Positions 1-9,753 are shown, counted from the stretch's first letter. The stretch: 64,000 nucleotides of DNA from Deltaproteobacteria bacterium (GCA_020345765.1 CP070770.1:1130972-1194971); one strand, 5' to 3'. Made by a program: numbers and translations. The notes: generated by a model from the letters alone, not told the origin.

Positions 1-72
1 TTTAAATTTTAGCACAGTAAAGTTAAGTAGGTCTGTTTTACTATCAAATTTGACAAAAAGATATCCTCATAT

Positions 73-99
73 TTCCCTCTCCCCTGGTGGGAGAGGGAA
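73..99. repeat. GC-rich perfect hairpin (11-bp stem, 5-nt loop)
   Basis: ttccctctccc (73-83) / gggagagggaa (89-99). Confidence 0.8.
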
Positions 100-130
100 A
101 GGGTGAGGGGGAAAATTAATAGAATTTTCA

Positions 131-175
131 CCCCCACCTTAATCCTCCCCCATCAAGGGGGAGGAGGTTGTTAAG
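131..175. repeat. REP-like palindromic element, copy 1
   Basis: cccccaccttaat-CCTCCCCC-atcaa-GGGGGAGG. Core stem 144-151/157-164. Confidence 0.8.
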
Positions 176-192
176 ATGATAGGGGTTTAATT

Positions 193-1215
193 ATGAAGAA
201 AGACGGACTTTCGGTAGCCGTAGCAGGGGCCACTGGGGCAGTTGGGGAAGCAATGACCAAGATCCTGGAGGAAAGGGATTTCCCCGTAAGGGAGATCCGC
301 TATCTTGCCTCCGAGAGGTCGGAAGGGAAAGTGCTCAGCTTCAAGGGCAAAGAAGTAAAAGTAGGGAGATTAGCTGCTGATTCCTTCAAAGGAGTGGAGC
401 TTGCCCTGTTTTCTGCCGGGGCTGCCCGGAGCAAAGAGTTCGCTCCGGCAGCGGTGGAAGCCGGGGCAGTGGTAGTGGATAACAGCTCGGCCTTCCGGAT
501 GGAGCTAGATATCCCGCTGGTGGTTCCCGAGGTTAATCTGGAGGATATCGCTTTGTATAAAAACCGGGGGATTATTGCCAATCCCAACTGCACCACAATC
601 GTTGTTATTGTTCCCTTAAAACCCTTGCACGATTATGCCCGGGTCAAGAGAATGGTGGCCTCGAGCTACCAGGCGGTCTCCGGGGCCGGGGCCGCCGCAA
701 TGAGGGAACTGGAGGCCCAATCTAAGGCTTTTGTCAGGGGGGAAGAATTAAAGGTAGAGGCATTTCCCCACCAGATTGCCTTTAATCTTATCCCCCATAT
801 TGATGCATTTCTGGATAACGGTTACACCAAGGAGGAGCGAAAGCTAAGGGATGAGACCCGCAAGATGCTCCATGACGAGAGCATCCGGATTACCGCCACC
901 ACCGTCAGGGTTCCGGTGCTCCGGGCCCATTCGGTTTCGGTGAATATCGAGACCGAGCGGAAGATTACTTCGGACAAGGCCAGAGAGCTGCTTTCCCGGG
1001 CACCCGGGGTGCAGGTAGATGACGATCCTGCCAATAACCGCTATCCGATGCCAATATTTGTCGCCGGTCAGGACGACTGCTTTGTGGGTAGGATCCGGGA
1101 GGACGATTCGGTCGAGAACGGCCTGAACTTCTGGGTGGTGGGCGACCAGCTCCGCAAAGGAGCAGCCCTGAACGCCGTCCAGATCGCCGAGATCCTGGTG
1201 GAGAAATATCTGTAA
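193..1215 (+). CDS. asd: aspartate-semialdehyde dehydrogenase
   Basis: 340 aa. Rossmann 'GATGAVG' at the N-terminus, 'IANPNCTT' active-site Cys segment, and an Asd-type C-terminus 'GDQLRKGAALNAVQIAE'. Confidence 0.95.
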   Translation: MKKDGLSVAVAGATGAVGEAMTKILEERDFPVREIRYLASERSEGKVLSFKGKEVKVGRLAADSFKGVELALFSAGAARSKEFAPAAVEAGAVVVDNSSAFRMELDIPLVVPEVNLEDIALYKNRGIIANPNCTTIVVIVPLKPLHDYARVKRMVASSYQAVSGAGAAAMRELEAQSKAFVRGEELKVEAFPHQIAFNLIPHIDAFLDNGYTKEERKLRDETRKMLHDESIRITATTVRVPVLRAHSVSVNIETERKITSDKARELLSRAPGVQVDDDPANNRYPMPIFVAGQDDCFVGRIREDDSVENGLNFWVVGDQLRKGAALNAVQIAEILVEKYL

Positions 1216-1226
1216 TCATACTGTTT

Positions 1227-1260
1227 CCTCCCCCTTGATGGGGGAGGATTAAGGAGGGGG
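1227..1260. repeat. REP-like palindromic element, copy 2 (inverted relative to copy 1)
   Basis: CCTCCCCC-ttgat-GGGGGAGG-attaaggaggggg is the reverse complement of 131-164 with 1 mismatch. Confidence 0.8.
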
Positions 1261-1356
1261 TAAATAAGACCCATTGCAATTTCCTTGACCGATTTGAGAT
1301 TTAATGATATTTTATATTGAACTATTTGTAGTTTATATTTTCTAATAAATAAAACA

Positions 1357-3159
1357 ATGGATTTAACCAAAATTCGCCAGCAAATTATGTTTATTTTACT
1401 CCTGATAGCAGTCATCCTTGCTTTTCCTGGGATTAGTCTTGCCGATAAACCTGTAGTAAATATTATCTCCACAACCCGCACGGTGATAAATGACGACCCT
1501 GTAGATCTTGAAAATGATCCTGATGGAAGCGGGCATTCATTAATAGTATGGGATGCAGATTGGGAGGAAGCAAGTCAAAATGAAAAATACAAGATTGAAA
1601 GAGTAAACGGAACTGCAATTACAATTACAGCATCGACTACTTACAGTAAAGGTGAAGACATAACCACTGAGATTTTACCTGAGCATTTAGAAGAAGGTTC
1701 CAACACTATTAAGATTACAGTAACTGTGACCATTACCGACCCAACCGAAGGAGCAACATCGATAAATATTACTCTGGACACCGAAGATCCCCCGGTTCCC
1801 ACGGGTCTTACCGCTGAGCCCGGGGATGAAAAGGCATTCTTAAGCTGGGACTCAAAGGCTACCGACGATACCGATACTGCTGGTTACATTATATATTATG
1901 TAGAAGTCACCGATGCTACTTCGCTGGGCACGACCGATCCGAACGAATACAATTATGATAAAGATGTAGGAAATACCAATAATTACGAGATAACCGGCCT
2001 CAATAATGACACCGCTTATGCTTTTGCCATTTCTGCATATGATGAAGCAACCAATGAGGGTGGGCTTTACGCCGGCCAGTCTGGTGTAGGAATTGTTGTT
2101 GCCCCGGTGAACGCAGTGGGTTTAGGTGCCCTAACCGAAGAAGAGGGGGGTTGTTTTATTGCTACGGCAGCTTTTGGGTCTTACCAGTCCAGATATGTAA
2201 AGCCCCTCAGAGATTTCCGGGATAAATACCTGATAACTAATGAGTGGGGAAGAAATTTCGTCGATTGGTATTATCAATCCAGTCCATATCTGGCAAATCA
2301 TATCTCAAAGAGCGAGTTCCTTAAGTCTCTGGCAAGAATACTGCTTATCCCCTTTATTGCTCTGAGTCTATTTCTGACTAAGACTACCCTTATCCAGAAA
2401 TGTTTCTTACTATTATGCTTGTCATCTTTCTCACTAATCTGGCTGGTCAGGCGGAAAACCGCTTTGAAAAAGGCCTTAATTATTGTTACCCTTTCCTTTC
2501 TGCTGATATTTTTTTCTTCCCCCGCCTGGGCTCAACAATTTCAATCCCCCCAGCATTACTCCATTGAGCTGAAGGGGGCTTCCTACAGCGCCCAGGATGT
2601 CGATCCTGTCTACGAATTGATCTATGGAAGCGATAAAGGTTTTTTATTCGAGTTTGAATTGGGATGGCAGATCTTGGATCTGTTGGGGATCCTGGGAGTT
2701 GATGCCGGAGTCGGTTATTTTCAGCAGACCGGGAACGGCCTCGTCGTTCCGGAGACCTTTATCGATCCAGAGAATTGGGAAAAATCCAATGAGGAATATG
2801 TCTTCCGGATAGTTCCCGCTGAAGTCTCAATCGTATATCGGTTAGTCTATTTTAAAAATCAGGTTATCGTCCCCTTCGTCAAAGGAGGGGTTGACTATTA
2901 TTACTTCCGGGAAAGCCGCAAGGACGGCGAGGAGGTTTTCGACGGCGGGAAATGGGGCTATCATTTTAGCGGTGGTGGTCAGCTCCTGTTAGACTATTTT
3001 GATCTAAAACATGCTAATAAGATGGATACGGACTACGGAATCAATAATACCTATCTGATCTTTGAATACCGAAAGGCCGAGGTTGACGATTTCGGCGAAG
3101 AGGGAGGCTTTGATTTCAGCAACTCCACCTGGTTCGGTGGGTTGATGTTTGAATTTTAA
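1357..3159 (+). CDS. mosaic surface protein: signal peptide, FN3-like domain, CFIATAA (CFI-box-like) anchor module, second signal-peptide-like segment, C-terminal OMP-type beta-barrel
   Basis: 600 aa. N-terminal hydrophobic signal ending 'ISLA'. FN3-like 'PPVPTGLTAEPGDEKAFLSWD...YAFAISAYD'. 'GGCFIATAAFGS...LRDFRDKYL...WYYQSSP' followed by TM helices ending 'VRRK'. Then 'KKALIIVTLSFLLIFFSSPAWA|QQ' and alternating beta-strand sequence ending '...WFGGLMFEF'. Confidence 0.8.
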   Translation: MDLTKIRQQIMFILLLIAVILAFPGISLADKPVVNIISTTRTVINDDPVDLENDPDGSGHSLIVWDADWEEASQNEKYKIERVNGTAITITASTTYSKGEDITTEILPEHLEEGSNTIKITVTVTITDPTEGATSINITLDTEDPPVPTGLTAEPGDEKAFLSWDSKATDDTDTAGYIIYYVEVTDATSLGTTDPNEYNYDKDVGNTNNYEITGLNNDTAYAFAISAYDEATNEGGLYAGQSGVGIVVAPVNAVGLGALTEEEGGCFIATAAFGSYQSRYVKPLRDFRDKYLITNEWGRNFVDWYYQSSPYLANHISKSEFLKSLARILLIPFIALSLFLTKTTLIQKCFLLLCLSSFSLIWLVRRKTALKKALIIVTLSFLLIFFSSPAWAQQFQSPQHYSIELKGASYSAQDVDPVYELIYGSDKGFLFEFELGWQILDLLGILGVDAGVGYFQQTGNGLVVPETFIDPENWEKSNEEYVFRIVPAEVSIVYRLVYFKNQVIVPFVKGGVDYYYFRESRKDGEEVFDGGKWGYHFSGGGQLLLDYFDLKHANKMDTDYGINNTYLIFEYRKAEVDDFGEEGGFDFSNSTWFGGLMFEF

Positions 3160-3164
3160 AGGTT

Positions 3165-3899
3165 GTGCGCAGTATCAAGCTCGTTATTGAATATGAGGGC
3201 ACAAACTATCACGGCTGGCAGACTCAAAGAAACGCATCTACGATTCAGGAGGTCTTGGGGGATAAATTAAGGATAATTACCGACGAGGTAGTAAAGACTA
3301 CCGCCGCCAGCAGGACCGACGCCGGTGTTCACGCCCGGGGTCAGACAGTTAATTTTAAAACAAACAGCGGGATTGAGCCCGAGGCCCTGCAGCGGGGCTT
3401 GAATTCTCTTCTTCCCCCTGATATAGTCGTTAGATCCGTAAGCGAGGTAGAGGAAGATTTCAACTCCCGCCGGGATGCAAAAAGCAAGGTATACCAATAT
3501 ATCATTCTGAACCGGAAGATTCCTTCAACACTCTATCGGAGATTCTCCTGGTTCATCCCCGAGCAGTTGGATGTCAGGGCAATGAAGAAGGCTGCTGCCC
3601 TTTTGAAAGGGGAGCATGATTTCTCCTCATTTCGGGCTTCTGATTGCGATAGCAGCACCCCCTGGCGTCGGGTAAAGAGGATTTCGGTACGGAAGGAAAA
3701 GGATTTTATTAAAATTAACATCGAGGCTAACGCATTTCTTCGCTATATGGTGCGGAGTATCGTAGGCAGCCTGGTGGAGGTAGGAAGGGGTAAGATAACC
3801 GTAAATGAGTTCGGGCAGATTTTAGAAGCCCGGGACCGAACCCGGGCCGGCCCTACCGCCCCTGCCCAGGGGCTCTTTCTGGTAGAGGTTAAATACTAA
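3165..3899 (+). CDS. truA: tRNA pseudouridine(38-40) synthase
   Basis: 244 aa, GTG start. 'IEYEGTNYHGWQTQ' and the catalytic 'RTDAGVHA' motif of TruA. Confidence 0.93.
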   Translation: MRSIKLVIEYEGTNYHGWQTQRNASTIQEVLGDKLRIITDEVVKTTAASRTDAGVHARGQTVNFKTNSGIEPEALQRGLNSLLPPDIVVRSVSEVEEDFNSRRDAKSKVYQYIILNRKIPSTLYRRFSWFIPEQLDVRAMKKAAALLKGEHDFSSFRASDCDSSTPWRRVKRISVRKEKDFIKINIEANAFLRYMVRSIVGSLVEVGRGKITVNEFGQILEARDRTRAGPTAPAQGLFLVEVKY

Positions 3900-3917
3900 A
3901 AACATTGGTAACCGGAT

Positions 3918-4352
3918 ATGCGAAAAAAAACTTTCAGTGCGAAAAAGAGTGAAGTGGAAGAGAAATGGTGGCTGGTGGATGCCCAAAACAAGGTGCTGGG
4001 ACGGATGGCCAGTGAGATCGCCCAGGTTCTCCGGGGTAAAAATAAGCCCATCTTTACCCCCCATGTGGATACCGGCGATTTTGTCATTGTAGTTAATGCG
4101 GATAAGATCCGCTTTACTGGGAAGAAGCTGAAGGACAAGATCTACTATCGCCATAGCGGCTATCCCGGGGGTCTGAAAAGCATTACGGCCGAAAAGCTAA
4201 TGCAGAAGGACCCCACGGAAGTAGTGCGAAAAGCGGTAAAGGGGATGCTTCCCAAGAGTCGACTGGGAAGAAAGCTCATCATGAAGCTCAAGGTCTATGC
4301 CGGAGGGGAGCACCCCCATCAGGCCCAGCAGCCCGAGATTCTGAATATCTGA
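3918..4352 (+). CDS. rplM: 50S ribosomal protein L13
   Basis: 144 aa. '[39 protein letters not shown]' L13 signature. Ends with TGA at 4350-4352. Confidence 0.97.
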   Translation: MRKKTFSAKKSEVEEKWWLVDAQNKVLGRMASEIAQVLRGKNKPIFTPHVDTGDFVIVVNADKIRFTGKKLKDKIYYRHSGYPGGLKSITAEKLMQKDPTEVVRKAVKGMLPKSRLGRKLIMKLKVYAGGEHPHQAQQPEILNI

Positions 4353-4365
4353 GAAAGGAGAGAGA

Positions 4366-4758
4366 ATGGCGGAGCAAAGATTCTATGCAACCGGAAAACG
4401 CAAGACCTCAATTGCCCGGGTCTGGCTGACACCGGGGGATGGAAAAATAATAGTAAATCGACGCAATATGGAAGAATATTTCTCCCGGGCTACCTCACGC
4501 ATGATCGTCCTTCAGCCCCTGAAACTAACAAATACCGAAGGCCAATACGATATCTTAGTCAATGTCCAAGGGGGAGGGCTTTCCGGTCAGGCCGATGCGA
4601 TCAAGCACGGAATCAGTAAGGCCCTGCTGGAGGTAAATAGCTCACTGCGGTCGACCTTGAAGAAGGCCGGCTTTATTACCCGGGATTCCCGGATCAAAGA
4701 GCGGAAGAAATACGGTCAGCCCGGAGCCCGCAAGCGCTTCCAGTATTCCAAGAGATAA
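4366..4758 (+). CDS. rpsI: 30S ribosomal protein S9
   Basis: 130 aa. RBS gaaaggagag upstream. S9 C-terminus '[11 protein letters not shown]'. Follows rplM as in the canonical operon. Confidence 0.97.
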   Translation: MAEQRFYATGKRKTSIARVWLTPGDGKIIVNRRNMEEYFSRATSRMIVLQPLKLTNTEGQYDILVNVQGGGLSGQADAIKHGISKALLEVNSSLRSTLKKAGFITRDSRIKERKKYGQPGARKRFQYSKR

Positions 4759-4761
4759 AAA

Positions 4762-4800
4762 TAAATCAAATCCCAATGACCAAATCCCAAACTCCAAAGA
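4762..4800. repeat. AT-rich repeat family, partial (A-rich arm only)
   Basis: aaatcaaatcccaatgaccaaatcccaaactccaaag. Resembles the A-rich arms of the larger elements. Confidence 0.4.
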
Positions 4801-4848
4801 GGGATCTGGTGAAATTCGTGGTTTAGAAATTAATGCTGGTAAAATAGC

Positions 4849-6375
4849 TCACCCCGTTACCTCGAACTGCTCCTGATGATAGTCGTTTCTGGCCCGGATA
4901 ATTATCCGTTTTGAGTATTTCTTCTCTAGCTCTTCGATTCCCTCGCATTCCTCGTCATAGAGCAGGTCAGCAATATCGGGATGAACATTAACAAAGATTC
5001 TTTCGCTTTTCATCCTCGGGGCTTCCCGACGAATTTCCTGGAAGATCTCATAACAAAGGGTAGTCTTACTCTTGAGGAAACCCCTCCCCTCGCAGTAGGG
5101 ACAAGGCTCACTTAGAGTTCTGCCTATACTTTCACGGTTCCTTTCCCGGGTCATCTCTACTAAACCTAAACTGGAGATTTTCAGGATATTAGTTTTCGCC
5201 TTATCTGCTTTCAGGGTCTCTTTAAGGGCATTGAAGACCTTCTCCCGGTGGCGCTCCTTTTCCATATCGATAAAGTCAATGATGATGATCCCTCCAATAT
5301 TGCGCAACCGAAGCTGATAGACAATCTCCTTGACCGCCTCGAGGTTAGTCTGGAGGATGGTTTCCTCTAAACTCCTTTTGCCCACATACCGGCCGGTATT
5401 AACATCAATGGCGGTAAGTGCCTCCATCTGCTCGATAATAATATAGCCCCCGGATTTGAGCCATATCCTCCTTTTCAAAGCTTCATCGGTCTTTATTCCC
5501 AGGTAGTGGAATATCGGCTCATCCTCCTGATAGAGTTCAACGAGATGACGGCGCTGGGGCATAAAGGTATCAATAAACTCCATTACCTTTTCGTATTCTC
5601 CCGGGCAGTCAATGATCAGTTTCTCCACCTGAGCGGTGAAAAGGTCCCTCACGGCCCAGAGGGCAAGATTCAACTCGTGATGGATAACTGACGGAACGGG
5701 TGCTTGCTCTTTCTTTCTCTGGATGTCATCCCAGAGCTTTAACAGAAATTCCATATCGTTTTTAAGATCATCTTCACTGGCCCCCTCACTTGCGGTCCGG
5801 ACGATGAAACCGGTTCCGGGAACCTTAATATTACTGACTATTTCCTTCAAGCGGTGGCGCTCAGCTTCATTATGAATCCGCCGGGAGATACCTACATGAT
5901 CTACGGTGGGCATAAAGACTAAATACCGCCCCGGAAGGGTAATATGAGTGGTAACCCGGGCTCCTTTCGACCCCAGAGGTTCTTTGGAGATCTGAACCAG
6001 CAGATCCTGCCCCTCCCGAAGGAGATCCTGGATCTGGGAAGGAGGTACTGTATTATTCGGGGAATAACCGGTCTCCCCGACATCCTCAATACTGCCCCCG
6101 GCCTTGATTACCTCAATTTTACCCGGGAAAGGTTCGAACTCCTCGAAATCTTCATAGACATCAGAGACATAAAGGAAGGCGGCGCGCTCCAGCCCAATGT
6201 CTACGAAGGCAGCTTGCATCCCGGGAAGAACCCGGACCACCTTTCCTTTGAAAATGCTGCCAAGGATTCCCCGGTCCCGGGCGCGTTCGAAGTAGAGTTC
6301 GGCGATTACCCCATTCTCTATCAAGGCCACCCGGGTTTCCTGGAGGGTAACATTGATCACTAATTGATTAAGCAT
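4849..6375 (-). CDS. rng: Rne/Rng-family ribonuclease (RNase G-like)
   Basis: 508 aa. N-terminal S1-like domain ('GSIFKGKVVRVLPGMQAAFVDIG'), RNase E/G core ('GGIIIIDFIDM'), 'CPYCEGRG'. Confidence 0.9.
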   Translation of the reverse strand: MLNQLVINVTLQETRVALIENGVIAELYFERARDRGILGSIFKGKVVRVLPGMQAAFVDIGLERAAFLYVSDVYEDFEEFEPFPGKIEVIKAGGSIEDVGETGYSPNNTVPPSQIQDLLREGQDLLVQISKEPLGSKGARVTTHITLPGRYLVFMPTVDHVGISRRIHNEAERHRLKEIVSNIKVPGTGFIVRTASEGASEDDLKNDMEFLLKLWDDIQRKKEQAPVPSVIHHELNLALWAVRDLFTAQVEKLIIDCPGEYEKVMEFIDTFMPQRRHLVELYQEDEPIFHYLGIKTDEALKRRIWLKSGGYIIIEQMEALTAIDVNTGRYVGKRSLEETILQTNLEAVKEIVYQLRLRNIGGIIIIDFIDMEKERHREKVFNALKETLKADKAKTNILKISSLGLVEMTRERNRESIGRTLSEPCPYCEGRGFLKSKTTLCYEIFQEIRREAPRMKSERIFVNVHPDIADLLYDEECEGIEELEKKYSKRIIIRARNDYHQEQFEVTG

Positions 6376-6405
6376 TTATGATCCCATCCATTTAATTATA
6401 AGGAT

Positions 6406-8994
6406 TTAACCTCTAAGTAAGAGAGTCTCTCCGAAAAGCATATCGGTCTTTAATATTCTCAGGAGCGAGGCCTCTTCTTCACTCAGTTCGAAGACTTTTT
6501 TTAGCACCGTAGTTGGTTTAATGATACCTTCCTCTCCGGCTTTCAAGATAAGCTCAATCTTATTGTCCCGGAGGGACATACTCTTGACCAAACGGCGAAT
6601 ATCCCTTTTTTTAAACCGGCCTTTCTTCTCCTCATCAACCAAGACCTCGGGGGATTGAAGAAATCTTTCAATGGCTACCTCCGGTCCAATCCGGGAAGCT
6701 TCCTTCAACCCACTCAGGGGAATCTCATAGCTGGTCTGGATAACGCTGCTGAATATTGAGCTTGATTTCCACGGAATTTCTTTCGATTCCAGGATTTGCA
6801 GTCCCCCTGAGGATGATTGAGGCAGTTCCTGATTCAGTATCCTGGTGAAATCTTCCGGCTTTATTGACCCGTTAAGCTTAAAATCTACATACTCAGCCAT
6901 ACTCTCCATTCCTACCGGAAGAGGGGGGCCGAAGCTCATTTTGGGGAGGGGATGAAAACCACCCGAATATTCCAGAGGAAGCCCTGACCTCCGAATTGCC
7001 CGATAGAAACAGGAGATCAGCTCCAGGTGACTTAAGAACCGAGCCTCTCTTTGCTTGGAAAATCGGGAGCGGATCCTGGTTGTCCACTCGAACTTACGGG
7101 CTCGAGACCCTTTGGACTTTACTTCTTCCTCAAAAGACGCCAAGTCATCCGGTTTAGACATCTTTAGACTAATCGTTTCAAAGTCACAAACCCCACACTC
7201 GTGGCATCTGTCCTCGAGACACTCCGGAGTGGTCAGCCCCTGCCGTGCCCTCTCGGCCTCCTCCCACAGGAAGTCCTGGGAAACCCGGCAGTCGAGATGA
7301 TCCCAGGGAAATACCTCGGTGGGCTCCCGTCGGCGATTGGCGTAAAAATTCGGGTCAATACCATTTTCAATAAAGGCCTGTTTCCAGAGATCGAAGCAAA
7401 AGTGCTCACTCCAGGTATCAAGTCGGGCTCCCCGGCGAAAAGCAGCCAGGATCACCGGGGCTAATCTCCGATCCCCCCGCGCCAGGAAACCCTCCAGCAG
7501 GCTCAGGGCCGGATCTTGTCCCTTTACATTCAGCCTTATTTTACTAATCTCCCTTCGGAGAAATTCCCTCCGGGCCTCCATTTCATCCAGAGTAATCTGG
7601 GGTTCCCACTGGAAAGGAGTCATCGGTTTGGGGATAAAAGTGGAGAAGCTGAGATTAATCTTCTTCCCCTTACTGACCAATTTTATCCGCTGGGCCAGAT
7701 CGACAATCGCCTCAAGGTCTTCCTGGCCCTCGGTAGGCAGACCGATCATAAAGTAGAGCTTTATCGATTGCCACCCCAGTTGGAAGGCCAATCCCGCGAT
7801 CTTAAGGATCTCCTCATCGGTGTTCTTCTTATTAATGACATCACGCAACCGCTGGGTTCCCGCCTCGGGGGCGATGGTAAAGCCGGTCTTGCGCACTTTT
7901 TTTATCTCCTGGAGGAGGTGCTCACTGACCGAGCCCACCCGGAGCGAAGGCAGGGAGATCGCTATCTTTTCTCCCGCATATCTGCGGGTTAAGCAGGTAA
8001 GCAGCGAGTCGATCGCCCGGTAGTCTCCCGTGCTCAGGGACAGGAGGGAGAGCTCCTCATAACCCGTTGCCCTCAGTGCCTGCTCGGCAATCTGGGCAAT
8101 CTTTCGGGGAGAGCGTTCCCGGGTGGGGCGGTAAATAATCCCGGCCTGGCAGAAGCGGCATCCCCGGGTGCATCCCCGGGCAATCTCAATATTCAAGCGG
8201 TCATGGATTACATTCATAAAAGGGACGATTGGTTTATCGGGGAACGGTGCCTGATCGAGATCGGCTACAATCCTCTTCTCTACCTTCTGATAATCGGCAG
8301 AAAGCGGTATTATCTTCTCAATTTTTCCGTCAGGCAGGTATCTGGGCTCAAAGAAGGAGGGAATATAGACACCGGGAATACGGGAGAGACTCTTTAACAA
8401 ATCTTCCTTTTGCCCCGTAATCCTTTTCCCCTGAGTAACCGCCTCGGAAATCTCCAGGATAACCTCCTCTCCGTCTCCGAGGACAAAGGCATCGAAGAAA
8501 TCCGCCAGAGGTTCGGGGTTAAAAACACAAGATCCTCCTCCGATGACCAGAGGGTAGCGGGTATCCCTTTCCCGGGAATAAAGGGGCACCCCGGCCAGAT
8601 CGAGGATATTCAGGACGGTACTGTAGTTGAGTTCCGTCGGTAGCGTGAAACCCAAGATGTCGAACTCCCGGAGCGGCATACGAGATTCCTGGGAGAACAA
8701 AGGGATCTCTCTCTCGCGGAGAACCTGCTCCATATCCGCTCCCGGGGCATAGGCTCTCTCCGCAGCGATCTTAGGGTGCTGGTTCAGGATCTGGTAAAGT
8801 ATCTGGAGACCCAGGTGAGACATTCCCACCTCGTATAAGTCGGGAAATATCAGGGCAAACTTGAGTTCCACCCGGGACAGGTCTTTATGGATGGAGTTTA
8901 TCTCACTACCTAAATATCGGCTGGGCCTGCTAACCAGGTGCAGGATCTCTTCGACCATCTTCCCTTCGCTTCTGCTAATGTCTGCTCTCCCCAC
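6406..8994 (-). CDS. B12-domain radical SAM enzyme fused to a radical-SAM-linked C-terminal module (TIGR03960 + TIGR03936/DUF2344-like; family names from memory)
   Basis: 862 aa. 'ARGCTRGCRFCQAG' CxxxCxxC cluster motif. The C-terminal ~230 aa 'RIRSRFSKQREARFLSHLEL...' is typical of the linked module. The true start could be the internal Met at 8958. Confidence 0.85.
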   Translation of the reverse strand: MGRADISRSEGKMVEEILHLVSRPSRYLGSEINSIHKDLSRVELKFALIFPDLYEVGMSHLGLQILYQILNQHPKIAAERAYAPGADMEQVLREREIPLFSQESRMPLREFDILGFTLPTELNYSTVLNILDLAGVPLYSRERDTRYPLVIGGGSCVFNPEPLADFFDAFVLGDGEEVILEISEAVTQGKRITGQKEDLLKSLSRIPGVYIPSFFEPRYLPDGKIEKIIPLSADYQKVEKRIVADLDQAPFPDKPIVPFMNVIHDRLNIEIARGCTRGCRFCQAGIIYRPTRERSPRKIAQIAEQALRATGYEELSLLSLSTGDYRAIDSLLTCLTRRYAGEKIAISLPSLRVGSVSEHLLQEIKKVRKTGFTIAPEAGTQRLRDVINKKNTDEEILKIAGLAFQLGWQSIKLYFMIGLPTEGQEDLEAIVDLAQRIKLVSKGKKINLSFSTFIPKPMTPFQWEPQITLDEMEARREFLRREISKIRLNVKGQDPALSLLEGFLARGDRRLAPVILAAFRRGARLDTWSEHFCFDLWKQAFIENGIDPNFYANRRREPTEVFPWDHLDCRVSQDFLWEEAERARQGLTTPECLEDRCHECGVCDFETISLKMSKPDDLASFEEEVKSKGSRARKFEWTTRIRSRFSKQREARFLSHLELISCFYRAIRRSGLPLEYSGGFHPLPKMSFGPPLPVGMESMAEYVDFKLNGSIKPEDFTRILNQELPQSSSGGLQILESKEIPWKSSSIFSSVIQTSYEIPLSGLKEASRIGPEVAIERFLQSPEVLVDEEKKGRFKKRDIRRLVKSMSLRDNKIELILKAGEEGIIKPTTVLKKVFELSEEEASLLRILKTDMLFGETLLLRG

Positions 8995-9012
8995 TCTTTC
9001 TGATCCACGGGC

Positions 9013-9648
9013 TTAGGATGAGGCGGCAGTGAAACCTTCCTGATTGAGGGCGGTAATCACCGGCTCCAGCTTACGAACATTTATCCGGAAGTAATAGGTT
9101 CGCTTGCCCTTATTTTTTTCCGGGGAAATGCCTACACTGATCACAGAAGCCCCATGGTCTTCTATGATCTGACAGACACGCTCGAAGGTTCGGGGCCGGG
9201 TATCCATGGTCACATCGATCCTTTTATCCGACTCCAGGATCCCCAGTAGCTCGACGAAAACCCTCATGGTATCTTCCTCGGTGACAATCCCTACCAGTCT
9301 CCGTTTCTGGTCGACCACAGGGATACCCCCGATTTTATGCTCCAACATCAGTCGGGCTACCTGTTCGATGCGGGTATCGGGAGTTACCGTAATGGGATCA
9401 GAAGTCATTACATCTTCTACCTTCAGATCCTTGAGCTGAAAATTGAATTTCCCCTTTGTCTTGGGATCCTTTCGCGGAATGATAAAATGCCGGATATCCC
9501 GGTCGGTCACAATACCAACTATCCTGTCTTTCTCAACCACCGGAAGGTGGCGAATTTTATTGTCCTTTAAAAGAAGAAAGGCCTTATGCACCGGGTCCCT
9601 CCCGGAGAGAACAAGAGTGTTCTTAGTCATTATCTCCCTCACCAGCAT
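9013..9648 (-). CDS. CBS-pair domain protein with ACT-like C-terminal domain (AcuB-like)
   Basis: 211 aa. Two CBS repeats ('IRHLPVVEKDRIVGIVTDRDI', 'IGGIPVVDQKRRLVGIVTEED'), followed by a small regulatory-type domain. Confidence 0.85.
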   Translation of the reverse strand: MLVREIMTKNTLVLSGRDPVHKAFLLLKDNKIRHLPVVEKDRIVGIVTDRDIRHFIIPRKDPKTKGKFNFQLKDLKVEDVMTSDPITVTPDTRIEQVARLMLEHKIGGIPVVDQKRRLVGIVTEEDTMRVFVELLGILESDKRIDVTMDTRPRTFERVCQIIEDHGASVISVGISPEKNKGKRTYYFRINVRKLEPVITALNQEGFTAASS

Positions 9649-9714
9649 CGGAAAACCTCCTTTTTCTCCGCTATTATAGCTTAAACCAACTTACCGGTCA
9701 AGGTAAGCGCCTTA

Positions 9715-9743
9715 TTGACAGAGTCTGTTGTATTTGCTATAAA
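9715..9743 (+). promoter_or_regulatory. sigma70-type promoter
   Basis: TTGACA (9715-9720), 17 nt spacer, TATAAA (9738-9743). Upstream of the 9827 membrane-protein gene. Confidence 0.55.
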
Positions 9744-9753
9744 ATCTTTACTG

